A stretch of 64,000 nucleotides of DNA from Vulcanimicrobiota bacterium. GTDB lineage: Bacteria; Vulcanimicrobiota; Vulcanimicrobiia; Vulcanimicrobiales; Vulcanimicrobiaceae. Where the stretch lies: contig CAWAXX010000018.1 in assembly GCA_963786105.1 (NCBI GenBank), positions 160,001 through 224,000 on the forward strand, read 5' to 3'. A program made the position numbers and the translations under genes. Shown here one piece after another: positions 36,390 through 47,293 of this stretch (positions are counted from its first letter, which is position 1; each line of letters begins with the position of its first letter). The notes under the pieces were generated by a model. The model was not told the DNA's origin. It saw only the letters and a program-made list of their open reading frames with translations, and did no database searches.

Positions 36390-37427
36390 CTAATGCGGGA
36401 GCAGTACCATACGGAAACGCGCTTCGCCGCGCAACATCTTGTCGTACGCTTCCGCTGCGCGTAGGAGGGGCATGGTTTCGATCATCGCCCGGACGCCGGT
36501 CAGCACGCTGAACTTCATGGCATCCTCAGAATCGACGCAGGTTCCGGACGCCCACGCTCGCACCGATTGCCGTCCGCCGATCGCCTGTGTCGCGTTGAAG
36601 GATAATGGCTCGTTGGCTGCGCCAACGATCAGCAACTGACCGTCCACGCCCAGGCCCGGAAGGACGGCTTCCATCGCCTTCGACGAGGTAGCGGTCGCGA
36701 GCACCACTTTCGCGCCGCCCATCCGCCGCAACTCGTCGCCCGGATCCACGGCGGTGCTATCGATGTAATGATGCGCGCCCAACTCGCGAGCCAGTGCCGC
36801 CTTCTCGGCACCGCGGGCGATGGCGACCGTCTCGAATCCCATTTTGGTGGCGTATTGCACGCCCAGATGACCTAAGCCGCCGATGCCGAGAATCGCGACC
36901 AGATCGCCGGCGCGGGCTTGGCTGTTCCGCAACGCGTTGAACGTCGTAACGCCCGCACACATGAGCGGCGCGGCTTCGGCTGCCGAGAGGGCGTCCGGAA
37001 TGCGTGCGAGCGCAACGGCCGGTACCTCCACATATTCCTCGTATCCGCCGTCGTACGAGATACCTGGGATCTGAAGCGAACGACACGACAGAAAATCGCC
37101 GCGACGGCAGCGATCGCAGTGCCCGCAATGGCCTCCGTGCCAGCCGATACCGACCCGCTCGCCGACAGTCCAGCCGATCACGCTGCTCCCGAGCGCGTCG
37201 ATTACGCCCGCAATTTCGTGGCCGGGGACGCGCGGAAACGAAATGCCTGGCCAGTTGCTGCTGACGGTGACCGAGTCGCTGTGGCACACGCCGCATGCCT
37301 CGACGCGCACGCGCACGTGTCCCTCACGCGGTTGCGGTACCGCGACATCGGCACTCTCGAGTACACCTGACGAAGCGAATGCTACGCGTACCGCACGCAT
37401 CGTCGATGGGGTGGCTTCAACCGTCAT
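36390..37427 (-). CDS. Zn-dependent alcohol dehydrogenase
   Basis: CHSD, GHE, CGHCDRC, GIGGLG. Confidence 0.95.
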   Translation of the reverse strand: MTVEATPSTMRAVRVAFASSGVLESADVAVPQPREGHVRVRVEACGVCHSDSVTVSSNWPGISFPRVPGHEIAGVIDALGSSVIGWTVGERVGIGWHGGHCGHCDRCRRGDFLSCRSLQIPGISYDGGYEEYVEVPAVALARIPDALSAAEAAPLMCAGVTTFNALRNSQARAGDLVAILGIGGLGHLGVQYATKMGFETVAIARGAEKAALARELGAHHYIDSTAVDPGDELRRMGGAKVVLATATSSKAMEAVLPGLGVDGQLLIVGAANEPLSFNATQAIGGRQSVRAWASGTCVDSEDAMKFSVLTGVRAMIETMPLLRAAEAYDKMLRGEARFRMVLLPH

Positions 37428-37567
37428 GCTCTCCCTAACTCCGCAAGCCCTACGGCAGTTTCGCGTCTAAGTGCGTACCGCGCTCAAGATTATGCCCTCT
37501 TAACGAAGGTAGCGCTCCGACTCCGTATGGAAACGCGTTCGCGACCACGCATCAGCAAAGCACGAGG

Positions 37568-37915
37568 ATGAGGATGGATAGCCTGAGCTACAGCGGACCG
37601 GCCAAATACCGCAGATGGCTCAAAGAGGTGTACGCAGCCATAGACCACGAGATAGGCCCGGCAGCCGGGGAGAATCAAGGTGAAGGCGACTACGAGAACG
37701 TCCGATTCCGTCACAGCGTGGCGCACGGTAAGGCCGGAGATGAAGGCTACGTCCTGTACGTCGTGACGCTCACGGGTAGAAGTCTTCGGCGAGGAGCAAG
37801 ACGCGACACGACGTACCGCTGGACGGAAGAGTCCGACACAGCGAAGGTCGGTCGCGAGCTCGTAGATGTCTACGCAGACCTGAGCCGCGACGAAAGATAC
37901 GCCCGGAGTCGGTAA
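37568..37915 (+). CDS. Hypothetical protein
   Basis: 115-aa ORF filling the gap; GAGG upstream. Confidence 0.5.
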   Translation: MRMDSLSYSGPAKYRRWLKEVYAAIDHEIGPAAGENQGEGDYENVRFRHSVAHGKAGDEGYVLYVVTLTGRSLRRGARRDTTYRWTEESDTAKVGRELVDVYADLSRDERYARSR

Positions 37916-37924
37916 TAGACCTAA

Positions 37925-38902
37925 CTACTGGCGCAACGCGGACGACGATGCGATAACGCGTTTCCCAACGATGCTACCGCCGGTCTTCCCTTGTATGGTC
38001 CAGCTGCCCTGGAAGCTTTTTCCGTCCGACGCAAACTTGAGTACGACGTCGCCGCTGCGGCTCGCGTCCCTCCATCTTCCGACGAGCACAACCGAACCGC
38101 GCGGAAGAGTTCCTTGAAAGTGTCCGCCTTTGTAGGATCCGATGACGGTCTGCCCTTCCTGTTCGAGCTTGAACGGACTTACCGCGAGCGCCTCGCCGCT
38201 GGACGCAGTCTGCCAAAGCCCTCTGACCCAAAGCTGAGCGTGATTGACGACGCTGCCAGCGATGTGGCCTTGGGGTTGCGTGTCGGACGAAAGGCCCCAG
38301 GAGCCTTCGAAACCCTTACTATCGTCGGCAAACTGCAGCTTTATCCAGCCGTCACCGTTGGGTCCCTTCCACGTCCCATTCAGATTGTTGGCGTCGGTCG
38401 TCATCGTCCCGTCTATTTCCGTGCCCGGTCCGAAGTTGCCCACGACCGTCTGTCCTAACTGATGGAGTTTTACCAGGCGCGACCCGAATTGCGAACCACC
38501 CGTGAGGTTATACGATCCTGTCACCGGAGGGTATACGGCGCGGGATGCGACAAAACGGCCGCTCGGTTTACTACCAGGCCGTCCCCACTCGCCCGAAAAC
38601 CCGCTGCCGTCGGCCGCAAAGACGATCGTCATCCAGCCGCTGCCGCGTGCATCGTGCCAATTCGCATCGACCTGCAGCGTTCCAGGTTCGAATTTCCCAT
38701 CGATCCGACCCGTCGAACCGTAGGTTCCAGCGATGGTAGTGTCCTGCTGCTCGATTCTTACCCTACCGGTCGCGAGGATCTCGCCGCTCGCGGTGACCGT
38801 CCAGTTGCCGGCTGCGTTAACTCCGGTCTGCGCGCCGACGGCGGGACCGAAAAACACGAGAGCGATGCCAAAGGCGACGGAAGCAAGACGGGTTCTGGTC
38901 AT
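37925..38902 (-). CDS. Secreted protein with three tandem ~95-aa beta-rich repeats
   Basis: Signal peptide; repeats of Q.G.T..G.Y...G.W...G.G...FA.D...F.G.W. Confidence 0.75.
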   Translation of the reverse strand: MTRTRLASVAFGIALVFFGPAVGAQTGVNAAGNWTVTASGEILATGRVRIEQQDTTIAGTYGSTGRIDGKFEPGTLQVDANWHDARGSGWMTIVFAADGSGFSGEWGRPGSKPSGRFVASRAVYPPVTGSYNLTGGSQFGSRLVKLHQLGQTVVGNFGPGTEIDGTMTTDANNLNGTWKGPNGDGWIKLQFADDSKGFEGSWGLSSDTQPQGHIAGSVVNHAQLWVRGLWQTASSGEALAVSPFKLEQEGQTVIGSYKGGHFQGTLPRGSVVLVGRWRDASRSGDVVLKFASDGKSFQGSWTIQGKTGGSIVGKRVIASSSALRQ

Positions 38903-38992
38903 GTGCGGCAACCTTCCGTTTTCGCTTCGTTCCTACCAGCCGAGCGGCCGGTCGAAACACGAAAAATGCGCGTTGCCGGGCACGATCGAGAC

Positions 38993-39553
38993 CTACGTCT
39001 TCGTGCACGTCTCCTTAACGTTAACGACGCGGCCGCCGGCCTCGGTGAAGGACGTCGTCATCGTCTTCTTTGTATCGCCGTCCTTCACGTAGACTTCCGG
39101 GGCGTACGAAGCGATGTCCGGAACCTTCGTTTGGATCACGTACGTGTACGTCATCTTGTTGCCGGCTGCCATCGAAGCCGTCGCTACCGCGTATCCGCCT
39201 TGGTCGCCCGTCGTTATCCGAATCCAGCGTTTGGCATCCGCGTCGTACGTGTACCTCGTTTGACTGTGAAACTCTCGCGGAATCCATGACGCTTTGTGCG
39301 TCGTGTCGTCGCGGAGGAGCCAATACCCGCTGGGATCCATCGAGAAGACCTGGGTAATCGTGAACGGTCCAGGGCGCCGCGAACTGAGGTCCGTGCACGT
39401 CCACGTCCCGATCAGGAAGTTCATCGACGACATATCGGGTTTGGGACGCGTCGGAACTGGGGTTCCTTCAACCTTCATATCGGCGGCAAAGACGGTGGCG
39501 CCGGTTGTCGCAACCAGTAGAACTAGTGCACCAAGAAAACGACGAGCTTTCAT
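38993..39553 (-). CDS. Secreted beta-barrel hypothetical protein (DUF1579-like)
   Basis: AAGGAGG SD, signal peptide, FLIGTWTC motif. Confidence 0.7.
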   Translation of the reverse strand: MKARRFLGALVLLVATTGATVFAADMKVEGTPVPTRPKPDMSSMNFLIGTWTCTDLSSRRPGPFTITQVFSMDPSGYWLLRDDTTHKASWIPREFHSQTRYTYDADAKRWIRITTGDQGGYAVATASMAAGNKMTYTYVIQTKVPDIASYAPEVYVKDGDTKKTMTTSFTEAGGRVVNVKETCTKT

Positions 39554-39684
39554 AAGAAAAGCCTCCTTATCAAAAGGCGGTTTTCATACGCAGGCGGTTG
39601 CCCCCTGTCTTCGAGTCGATCGATTCTCATTTCCGGAAAGCCGTTGGGAAGGGGATCGACCTCTCAGACGGAAGGCGATTTCGC

Positions 39685-40215
39685 GTGCTGAGAATCGGCT
39701 TCGCGACCGTCGCCGTCCTGCTGGCAACTATAGCGCCCGGCGCGGCGCAGATCGGCCCGAACGATTCGATCTCAGCTTCCGGCGTGGGCCCCGTCAAGTT
39801 CGGAATGACGCTAGCCCAGGCAACCGCCGCAGGCACATCGCTCGTCCCCGTCCCCCATTCGTCCTCCACGACGTGCTTCTACGCGCGCCCGCCCGGAACG
39901 CCCGGTTTGTCCTTCATGATACGCGATGGAGAGATCGTACGTGCCGATATGGTGAAGCCCGCGAACTTCAAGACCGTCGATGGATTCAAGCGCGGCGACC
40001 GGGAAGTCACCGTCGTGAGTTTCTACGCGGCCACCAGCGGAGGCGCGAGCGACGTTCCGTTTTCGGATACGAGCGACGTAACGCTCATCGCTTCGCCGGA
40101 ATTCTCGGTTGGCGCGAGCGTTCGCCGCCTGGTTTACGAAGTCGTCGACGGTCCGGGCGTCGTCGCGATCCATGCAGGCTGGGTGCCGCGAGACTTGCGC
40201 GGATGCCCGAAGTAG
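39685..40215 (+). CDS. Secreted hypothetical protein
   Basis: Signal peptide, GVGPVKFGMT motif; GTG start inferred. Confidence 0.65.
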   Translation: MLRIGFATVAVLLATIAPGAAQIGPNDSISASGVGPVKFGMTLAQATAAGTSLVPVPHSSSTTCFYARPPGTPGLSFMIRDGEIVRADMVKPANFKTVDGFKRGDREVTVVSFYAATSGGASDVPFSDTSDVTLIASPEFSVGASVRRLVYEVVDGPGVVAIHAGWVPRDLRGCPK

Positions 40216-40228
40216 TCGCGAAGGTCGC

Positions 40229-41284
40229 ATGAGCACTCTGCGGGGATGGCTGATCGGTGCGACCGTCGTTGCCGGGACGATCCTCGTCTGGAATATTCTC
40301 TCGGGCGCGCTCTCCGCGCTGCTCTTGCTCTTCACCGCGATACTCTTCTCCGCGGGTCTGCGACCGTTCGTCGACCGTATGGCCAAGAAGATGGCGTTTG
40401 GAGTTGCAACCGCTATCGTTTTCAGCGTCGTCCTCATCGCTACCGTCGCCATCGGATTCGTCCTCATCCAGCCGTTGGGAGCCGAGCTGGTCAAGCTCGT
40501 TCAAGCAGTCCCCGGTTATGCGACGTCGCTGCAAGCACAACTCGCCGCGGCCCAGCGCTACTTTGAGAACGACCAAATGGCCCGTCAACTCGCATCGGTT
40601 CTAGCGAACGGGGCCGGCGGAGCGGTAAGCGCGATCGGTCAACGCATTCTGGGTGGCCCAACGCTGGTGGCTACCGCCGTCGGGGACGCGTTGCTCGTCG
40701 TGTTGCTCGCCGTAGGCTGGATGCTTTCGTGCGACGAGCTCGAGCGATTCGTGCTGAGCCTGATGCCGCCGGCCGTGCGCGCCGACTGGCACGGTGCCTT
40801 CAGCGAAATGGCTGCGCGACTGAGCGCCTACGTTCAGGGCGTCGTGTTGAACGGAGGGATCGTCGGCATCGTGATGGGCGGATCGCTCGCCCTTCTCGGC
40901 GTTCCCTACGCCGTGCTGTTGGGCTTCATCGCCGCAATCTTTCAGGCCATTCCGATGGTCGGTGCCGTGATTTCCGGTCCTATCATACTCGTCGTCGTTC
41001 TCGCGACGAACGGCTGGACGAAAATGCTGATCGCGCTCGCGATCTTTACGTTGGTTCAAGTGATCGACCAAAACGTACTCTCGCCGATCATCTTCGGGCA
41101 GCGAGTTCAGTTGAGCTTCTTGTTGATCATTCTCGCAACCGTCGTCGGGGGAACCCTGCTCGGCATCGGCGGCGCATTCCTGGCGGTCCCGGCCGCGGCG
41201 GTGCTTCAGGTTATCCTCACCCTCATCGTCGCGCCGGCCATCCGCCGCGCCAACGGGGAGGCCCAGTCAGGGAACGCGCCCTAG
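40229..41284 (+). CDS. AI-2E family transporter
   Basis: Multi-TM; IPMVG, Q.IDQNVLSP.I.G, G.LLG..G..LAVP. Confidence 0.9.
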   Translation: MSTLRGWLIGATVVAGTILVWNILSGALSALLLLFTAILFSAGLRPFVDRMAKKMAFGVATAIVFSVVLIATVAIGFVLIQPLGAELVKLVQAVPGYATSLQAQLAAAQRYFENDQMARQLASVLANGAGGAVSAIGQRILGGPTLVATAVGDALLVVLLAVGWMLSCDELERFVLSLMPPAVRADWHGAFSEMAARLSAYVQGVVLNGGIVGIVMGGSLALLGVPYAVLLGFIAAIFQAIPMVGAVISGPIILVVVLATNGWTKMLIALAIFTLVQVIDQNVLSPIIFGQRVQLSFLLIILATVVGGTLLGIGGAFLAVPAAAVLQVILTLIVAPAIRRANGEAQSGNAP

Positions 41285-41443
41285 TGCTCCGGCCCCGGCC
41301 CGAAGCACGCAGGCCGGTCTTGCGCACAAGGGATGGAACGAGGCGCGCAAATACGTTATCGTAGTATCCTCGATTGAATCCACGACATCGCTTCGATCGT
41401 ACGCCGTTCGTACGACCTTTTTAGACTGAGAAAGGCTTCAAAA

Positions 41444-42959
41444 ATGCCCGCGAAAAAACCCAATATCCTCATCCTCTGGGGTGACGATATCGGCATTTGG
41501 AACATCAGCAAGTTTAGCAACGGAATGATGGGGTACCGGACCCCGAATATCGACCGCGTGGCCAACGAGGGTGGCCTCTTCACCGACTATTACTCGCAGC
41601 AGAGCTGCACCGCCGGCCGTGCCTGCTTCATCGCTGGCCAGAACCCGATTCGCACCGGCCTCACCAAAGTCGGGATGCCCGGAGCTACCGTTGGCCTGCA
41701 GCCGGAAGACCCGACCATCGCCGAGTTGTTGAAGCCGCTAGGCTACGCCACCGGCCAGTTCGGCAAGAACCATCTCGGCGACCGCAACGAATTTCTGCCG
41801 ACGGTGCACGGCTTCGATGAAATTCTTCGGCAACCTCTATCACCTCAACGCTGAAGAAGAGCCCGAACTCCCGGATTATCCGAAGGATCCCAAGTTCAAG
41901 GAAATGTTTGGTCCGCGCGGCGTGCTGCATTGCAAGGCCACCGACAAAGACGATCCGACGGTCGACCCGCGCTTTGGTCGCGTCGGCAAACAGACGATTG
42001 TGGACACCGGCCCACTGACCAAGAAGCGGATGGAAACCATCGACGAAGAGATTACCAGCGCTGCGCTGGAGTGGATGGAGAAACAAGCCAAAGCAGATCA
42101 GCCGTTCTTCCTGTGGTACAACTCCACGGCTATGCACTTCCGCACTCACGTTGCCGAAAAGAACATCGGCAAGAGCGGCCAAGACCCCTACAGCGATCGT
42201 ATGGTCGTTCACGACGAGCAGATCGGCATGATGCTCGACAAGCTCGACGAGCTTGGAATTGCCGACAATACGATCGTCATGTACTCCACCGATAACGGTC
42301 CGGAGAACGACACCTGGCCGGATGGCGCGAACACGCCGTTCCGCGGGCAGAAAGACTCCAACTGGGAAGGTGGCTGGCGCGTACCCTGCTTCATGCGTTG
42401 GCCGGGTACGATCAAACCTGGAGCGGCGTATAACGGCATCGTCTCGCACATCGACATGTTCCCGACGCTGCTGGCCGCCGCCGGCAACCCGGACGTGACC
42501 AAACAATTGCTCGACGGCTGTACCGTAGGCGGCAAGAAGTTCAACGTGCATCTCGACGGTTACAACATGATCCCGTACTTCAGCGGAGCCGTAAACGAAA
42601 GTCCCCGAAACGCCATCGTCTACTTTAGCGACGATGGCGACGTCATCGCGGTCCGCGTCGGCGACTGGAAGTTCAATCTGTCAGTTCAACGGGCGAATAC
42701 GATGGAACAGTGGGCTGAGCCATTCGTAAAGCTCCGTTTGCCGCATATCATGAGCTTGCGCCGCGACCCGTTCGAGCGCGCCGACTTCAATTCGAACACC
42801 TACTGGGATTGGGTGGTCGACCACGCGCCCCAACTGTACCTGATGCAAGCCGTGATCGCAGGACAGATCGCGGACTTCGAAAAGTTCCCGCCGCGCCAAA
42901 AACCCGCATCGTTCAACCTGGACTCGGTGATGGAACAGATAAAAACACCGCACGGGTAA
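41444..42959 (+). pseudogene. Arylsulfatase split by +1 frameshift near 41821 (possible sequencing error)
   Basis: [22 protein letters not shown]; removing one A gives [14 protein letters not shown]. Confidence 0.88.
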
Positions 42960-42960
42960 G

Positions 42961-44202
42961 ATGCCCGATTCCAAAGCGGCGATGCCGGCAGAGTTTGCCG
43001 GCATCGCCGCGCGAGTTAACGATTTTTACGAACGCCATCCCTACCCGCCGCCGAGAGACGATCTCGAGGCATACCGCCGCGCTTGGGACGACGGCCGCCG
43101 GCGCGCCGAATCGCATCTCTTTTGGCCGTCCGAGCCGTATCGGGAAGATCGAAGCATACTCGTTGCCGGCTGCGGCACCGTCCAGGCCGCTCACTACGCG
43201 CTGCGCTGGCCGCGCGCCAACGTCGTCGGGATCGACGTCAGCGCGAAGAGCATCGCCTTCACACAATCGCTGAAACGCGAGCACGGGCTCGACAACCTCG
43301 AGGTTCGTCAGCTCGCCGTGGAACGCGCCCCCGAACTCGGCCAGGTCTTCGAGTACGTCGTCTGCACCGGCGTGCTCCATCATTTGCCCGATCCCGATGC
43401 CGGTCTGCGAGCCTTACGCGACGTGCTCGCGCCCACCGGCGCAATCAACGTGATGGTGTACGCGCCATATGGCCGTGCCGGGATCTACTTGCTGCAAGAG
43501 TACTGCCGGCGCCTCGGCATCGGCGTGACCGATCGCGATATAGCCGACCTCGCTGCAACGCTGAAGGCTCTTCCGGCCGATCATCCCCTGGCACCGCTTC
43601 TTCGCAATTCGCCCGACTTCGCGGACAAGGCCGGCCTCGCCGACGCGTTACTCCATCCTCAGGACCGATCGTACTCCGTGCCCGAACTGTTGGCGTTTCT
43701 CGCGCGCGCCGGCCTAGCGTTCGGACGATGGGTGCGCCAGGCACCCTACTTACCGTGGTGCGGCGGCCTAGCGTCGGCACCGCACCACTCCAAGCTAGTC
43801 GCGCTGCCGCCCGAGGCGCAATACGCCGCCATCGAACTGTTCCGCGGAACGATGGTACGCCACAGTGCGGTGGCCTATCGAGCGGACCAGCCGGCGCGCC
43901 GGATCTCCGTCGACTTCGACGGCGATGAGTGGCTCGATTACGCGCCCATTCGCTTACCCGACACGATCGCCGTGCGCGATCGGTTGCCGCCCGGAGCGGC
44001 AGCGGTGCTGATAAACCGCAACCACACGCATGCCGATCTCTACCTACCGATCGACGCGCGCCAAGACCGGCTGTTTGCTGCCATCGATGGTCAACGCACG
44101 ATCGCGCAAATCTGCAACGATTCCGGCGAACGCCGTCTGGCTCGGGACTTCTTCCGCCAACTGTGGCGATGGGATCAGGTCGTCTTTAAGGCGCCTTGCT
44201 GA
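42961..44202 (+). CDS. Class I SAM-dependent methyltransferase
   Basis: FYERHPYP, LVAGCGT, CTGVLHHL, DALLHPQ. Confidence 0.88.
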   Translation: MPDSKAAMPAEFAGIAARVNDFYERHPYPPPRDDLEAYRRAWDDGRRRAESHLFWPSEPYREDRSILVAGCGTVQAAHYALRWPRANVVGIDVSAKSIAFTQSLKREHGLDNLEVRQLAVERAPELGQVFEYVVCTGVLHHLPDPDAGLRALRDVLAPTGAINVMVYAPYGRAGIYLLQEYCRRLGIGVTDRDIADLAATLKALPADHPLAPLLRNSPDFADKAGLADALLHPQDRSYSVPELLAFLARAGLAFGRWVRQAPYLPWCGGLASAPHHSKLVALPPEAQYAAIELFRGTMVRHSAVAYRADQPARRISVDFDGDEWLDYAPIRLPDTIAVRDRLPPGAAAVLINRNHTHADLYLPIDARQDRLFAAIDGQRTIAQICNDSGERRLARDFFRQLWRWDQVVFKAPC

Positions 44203-45154
44203 CCGTCGCGCCTAAAGGAACGTAAACGCCGGGAATCGTTTTGACGGGCGAGCCGCCGGCGGGGTAGCTCCATATCCCGACGTCTGCCGCTCCAGCATCC
44301 GGTCCGATGACCTTCGAGCCCGCAATCCAGAACTGAAACACTTCCGTGGCACCGTTGAGCGGCGTCGATCCGACGACCGTCCCCTTCTTTCCCTTGATGC
44401 TAAACCGGTAGATGACGTTCGTCGCTTGGTCGCCGATCGCCACGTGCTTGCCGTCCCACGCAACGCCGCCGGCGCTTCCGATGCTCTGGTTCAAAGCGAG
44501 GGTCTGCAGGCTCGTGCCGCCGCTGCGCAACTCGGCTACTTCGGACGCGCTAGCCGCGCTAAGACCATCGACGAAGAGATTTCCCGCGTCGTCGTAACCG
44601 CACAGAAGCATCCCATTGATGTCCGGATCGACGTAGTGACCTCGAGGGGATCCCTTCGCGCCTTTGTAAATGACGACGTTGCCCTGCGCGCTGCTGGTTG
44701 TCGAGAAGTTCGTGACGGCGAGATTCCCCGTCGCCGGATCGACGGAACAGCCAACCGGGAAGTAACCTGCATCCTTGAGGGTCGCAATCGGGCTGGTACC
44801 GCCGTGCGCGTACTCGATGATATTGCTGTTTGCGGTGTTCGTTATGAAAACGTCACCGTTCTTGTCGACGCACTCGCCGGCCGGATCCGCGAAACCGGTC
44901 AGCGTTCCTTTCAGGGTACCGTTCGGATACGAGAACACGTAGACGTCGCTAGTTTGCGTGTCGGAAACGTAGAGCAGATTCCCCCTCTTTACGTCGGGAG
45001 CCATCCACGAGCGGCCACGGTCTACGTGCTTCGCCATCGACGGCCTCGGCGGAACTGCGCCCGCTCCGACCGGTGATCCCTGTCCACCGCACGCCGCCAG
45101 CAGAGCGATAAGGCCTAAGCCTCCTGTCTTACGGCGAAAATCCAAGAGCCCCAT
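44186..45154 (-). CDS. Lipoprotein with NHL-like beta-propeller repeats
   Basis: Lipobox LAAC; LLYVSD, GECVDK.GDVFI, GCSVDP..GNLAV repeats. Confidence 0.8.
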   Translation of the reverse strand: MGLLDFRRKTGGLGLIALLAACGGQGSPVGAGAVPPRPSMAKHVDRGRSWMAPDVKRGNLLYVSDTQTSDVYVFSYPNGTLKGTLTGFADPAGECVDKNGDVFITNTANSNIIEYAHGGTSPIATLKDAGYFPVGCSVDPATGNLAVTNFSTTSSAQGNVVIYKGAKGSPRGHYVDPDINGMLLCGYDDAGNLFVDGLSAASASEVAELRSGGTSLQTLALNQSIGSAGGVAWDGKHVAIGDQATNVIYRFSIKGKKGTVVGSTPLNGATEVFQFWIAGSKVIGPDAGAADVGIWSYPAGGSPVKTIPGVYVPLGATVSKAP

Positions 45155-45197
45155 CTCCTACTCCGTTCTGGGCGGGCCAACGTGAGAAATCGTGACG

Positions 45198-46601
45198 CTA
45201 ATCGGCGTCAGGTATCCGTCGATCTATCGGCTGGTGCATGAAGTCGCGTTGCTTGAGACTCGAAGGGATGGCGACGAACGGCCGCGGCGGTTTCGAGAAA
45301 TCGAAACAATCTCTCGCCGGCGAATTAGCGCGCGTGTCGCTTTGGGCGAGGCGAGGTAAGCCGAACTGATCTTCGACGAAGCGCAAAATGCTGCCGTGTT
45401 CGTATTGCACGTGCGACACGTAGTGTTTTTTCGCATAGGCCGAGATGACCAGCAGCGGGACTCGCATTCCGAGCCCGTCGTAGTCGACCATCGGCGGCGC
45501 AACGTGATCGTACCACCCGCCGTAGTCATCCCACATGACGAAAATGGCGGTGGACTTCCAATACTTGCTTTCGCCGATCGCGTTGACGAGCGACGCTACC
45601 CACGCAGGACCCGTGGTTAAAGAACAGCTGGCGTGATCGGAGTTCGAACACGTCGGCGTTATCCAGCTGACCGCCGGCAAATTTCCGCTGCTTACGGCGT
45701 TAAAAAACTTGGTTTGCGGGGTGATGACGTTCTTGCTCCAGTCCCGGCCGTACCGGATGTGACGAATCGCCTGGTAAGCGCTCCAGATGCCGTCACCTCC
45801 GGTCAGACTCGAAGTGTAGTATCCCCACGATAGACCGGCGGCATCGAGTTCGTCGCCCAACGTCTGACTATCGAAGCAGACCGGTACCCACGCCCCAAAC
45901 TGACGGTTTTGCAAGAGCGTACGGATGGTGTCGCTCGGACCACCGTCGCATCCCCACTGGCCGACCGGAAAGTTGACCGTCGAGTTGGCTTGGCCGCCGA
46001 TGATGTACTGATGCGAAACGAAGCTGCTGGCGTCCAGGTTCGACTCGAACATCCTGTCCGCCAAGACGAAACCTTTCGCGATGTCGAAATATGGCGCGGA
46101 CTCGGTTCGCGGGACGTAGGCATACTGCGGGTGCTGATTCGGGCACGGCGGCTCGAAGTTATTATGACCGCAACTCACCGCCTCACGGTTGAACCCGTCC
46201 ATTTTGCAACCGGTGCCCGGGACGCTACCTTGACCATCGCACGCATGAAAGAAGCCGGTGGAGTCGTGTTCGACGTCCCACGGGATTTCGAGACTGATGG
46301 GTGCGAGTCTCACTTTTTCGCCGGTATCGGTGTAGCCGTAGGACTGACTATCGGCGCCTGCGTATCCCTGAAACAGGTTATCGAAGCTGCGGTTCTCCTG
46401 CACAACGATCACGACGTGCTGGATCTTGTTGGCGGCGTTTGGGTGCGGCGCCGACTTTCGAATGCTCGCGAGCAGCTGCTGCGGATTCGAAGCCAGTGGG
46501 ACGACCACCGGTCCCCCCGCGCCGCCTCTCCCGCACGCGCAAAAAGCCGTCACTATCGCAGCTGCGGTGACGGCTCGAAAGAAGACACTGAGCGTGCGCA
46601 T
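45198..46601 (-). CDS. Phosphoesterase (phospholipase C/AcpA-like) lipoprotein
   Basis: [26 protein letters not shown]. Confidence 0.9.
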   Translation of the reverse strand: MRTLSVFFRAVTAAAIVTAFCACGRGGAGGPVVVPLASNPQQLLASIRKSAPHPNAANKIQHVVIVVQENRSFDNLFQGYAGADSQSYGYTDTGEKVRLAPISLEIPWDVEHDSTGFFHACDGQGSVPGTGCKMDGFNREAVSCGHNNFEPPCPNQHPQYAYVPRTESAPYFDIAKGFVLADRMFESNLDASSFVSHQYIIGGQANSTVNFPVGQWGCDGGPSDTIRTLLQNRQFGAWVPVCFDSQTLGDELDAAGLSWGYYTSSLTGGDGIWSAYQAIRHIRYGRDWSKNVITPQTKFFNAVSSGNLPAVSWITPTCSNSDHASCSLTTGPAWVASLVNAIGESKYWKSTAIFVMWDDYGGWYDHVAPPMVDYDGLGMRVPLLVISAYAKKHYVSHVQYEHGSILRFVEDQFGLPRLAQSDTRANSPARDCFDFSKPPRPFVAIPSSLKQRDFMHQPIDRRIPDAD

Positions 46602-46698
46602 GAATTTCCTTCGTTTGGTCGGCCTTGCAAAACAGACTGCGGCGCCACACCCCACACGCGCGTGACGCCGCAGTTATCGCTTTTCGAACGTGAGGCGT

Positions 46699-47106
46699 TT
46701 ACCGGCGCTTGCGGCCGGTGGATTTCTTGGCCACCGCCTTGCGGACTATCGCCTTGCGGACGATCGCCTTGCGGACCGCCTTCTTAGCAGCGGGTCTGGC
46801 CGCCGTCTTCCTCGCCTTGCGCGGGCCGCGCTTCGACATCACGGCCTCTCTCAGCGCTTTGGCCACCAAGAATTTGAAGACCCGTTTCGCCGGAACCTTA
46901 ACTTGCTCGCCGGTTGCGGGATTGCGGGCCATGCGCGCCGCGCGATCGCGAACCTTAAACTGGCCAAACCCAGGGATCTTCACGGGCTCGCCGCTCATTA
47001 CCGCTTCCTGAATGTCTTCAAACACGCCATCGATGAGTGCGACGGCATCCTTGCGCGAGAGCTCGAGCCGTTCCATCGCCGACCTGGTCAAATCTACCTT
47101 GTTCAT
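46699..47106 (-). CDS. hup: HU family DNA-binding protein with Lys/Ala/Arg-rich tail
   Basis: MNKVDL, GFGQF, RNPATGE; basic repeat tail. Confidence 0.92.
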   Translation of the reverse strand: MNKVDLTRSAMERLELSRKDAVALIDGVFEDIQEAVMSGEPVKIPGFGQFKVRDRAARMARNPATGEQVKVPAKRVFKFLVAKALREAVMSKRGPRKARKTAARPAAKKAVRKAIVRKAIVRKAVAKKSTGRKRR

Positions 47107-47293
47107 CCGTACCTTTCCGTGTGAGAGCAAAGCACTTCAGCCTTCACTACCGCTTCAATCCATGATTTCCTATGAAATTCGTGAAAATTTGGGCTATTTC
47201 TTGGGAAAATCTTCGACTATCGTTGCACCTCGCGACGTGCGCAGACGACGCCACCGCGAGGGAAGCGGCGGACGCGACCCGTAAATCCCGACG

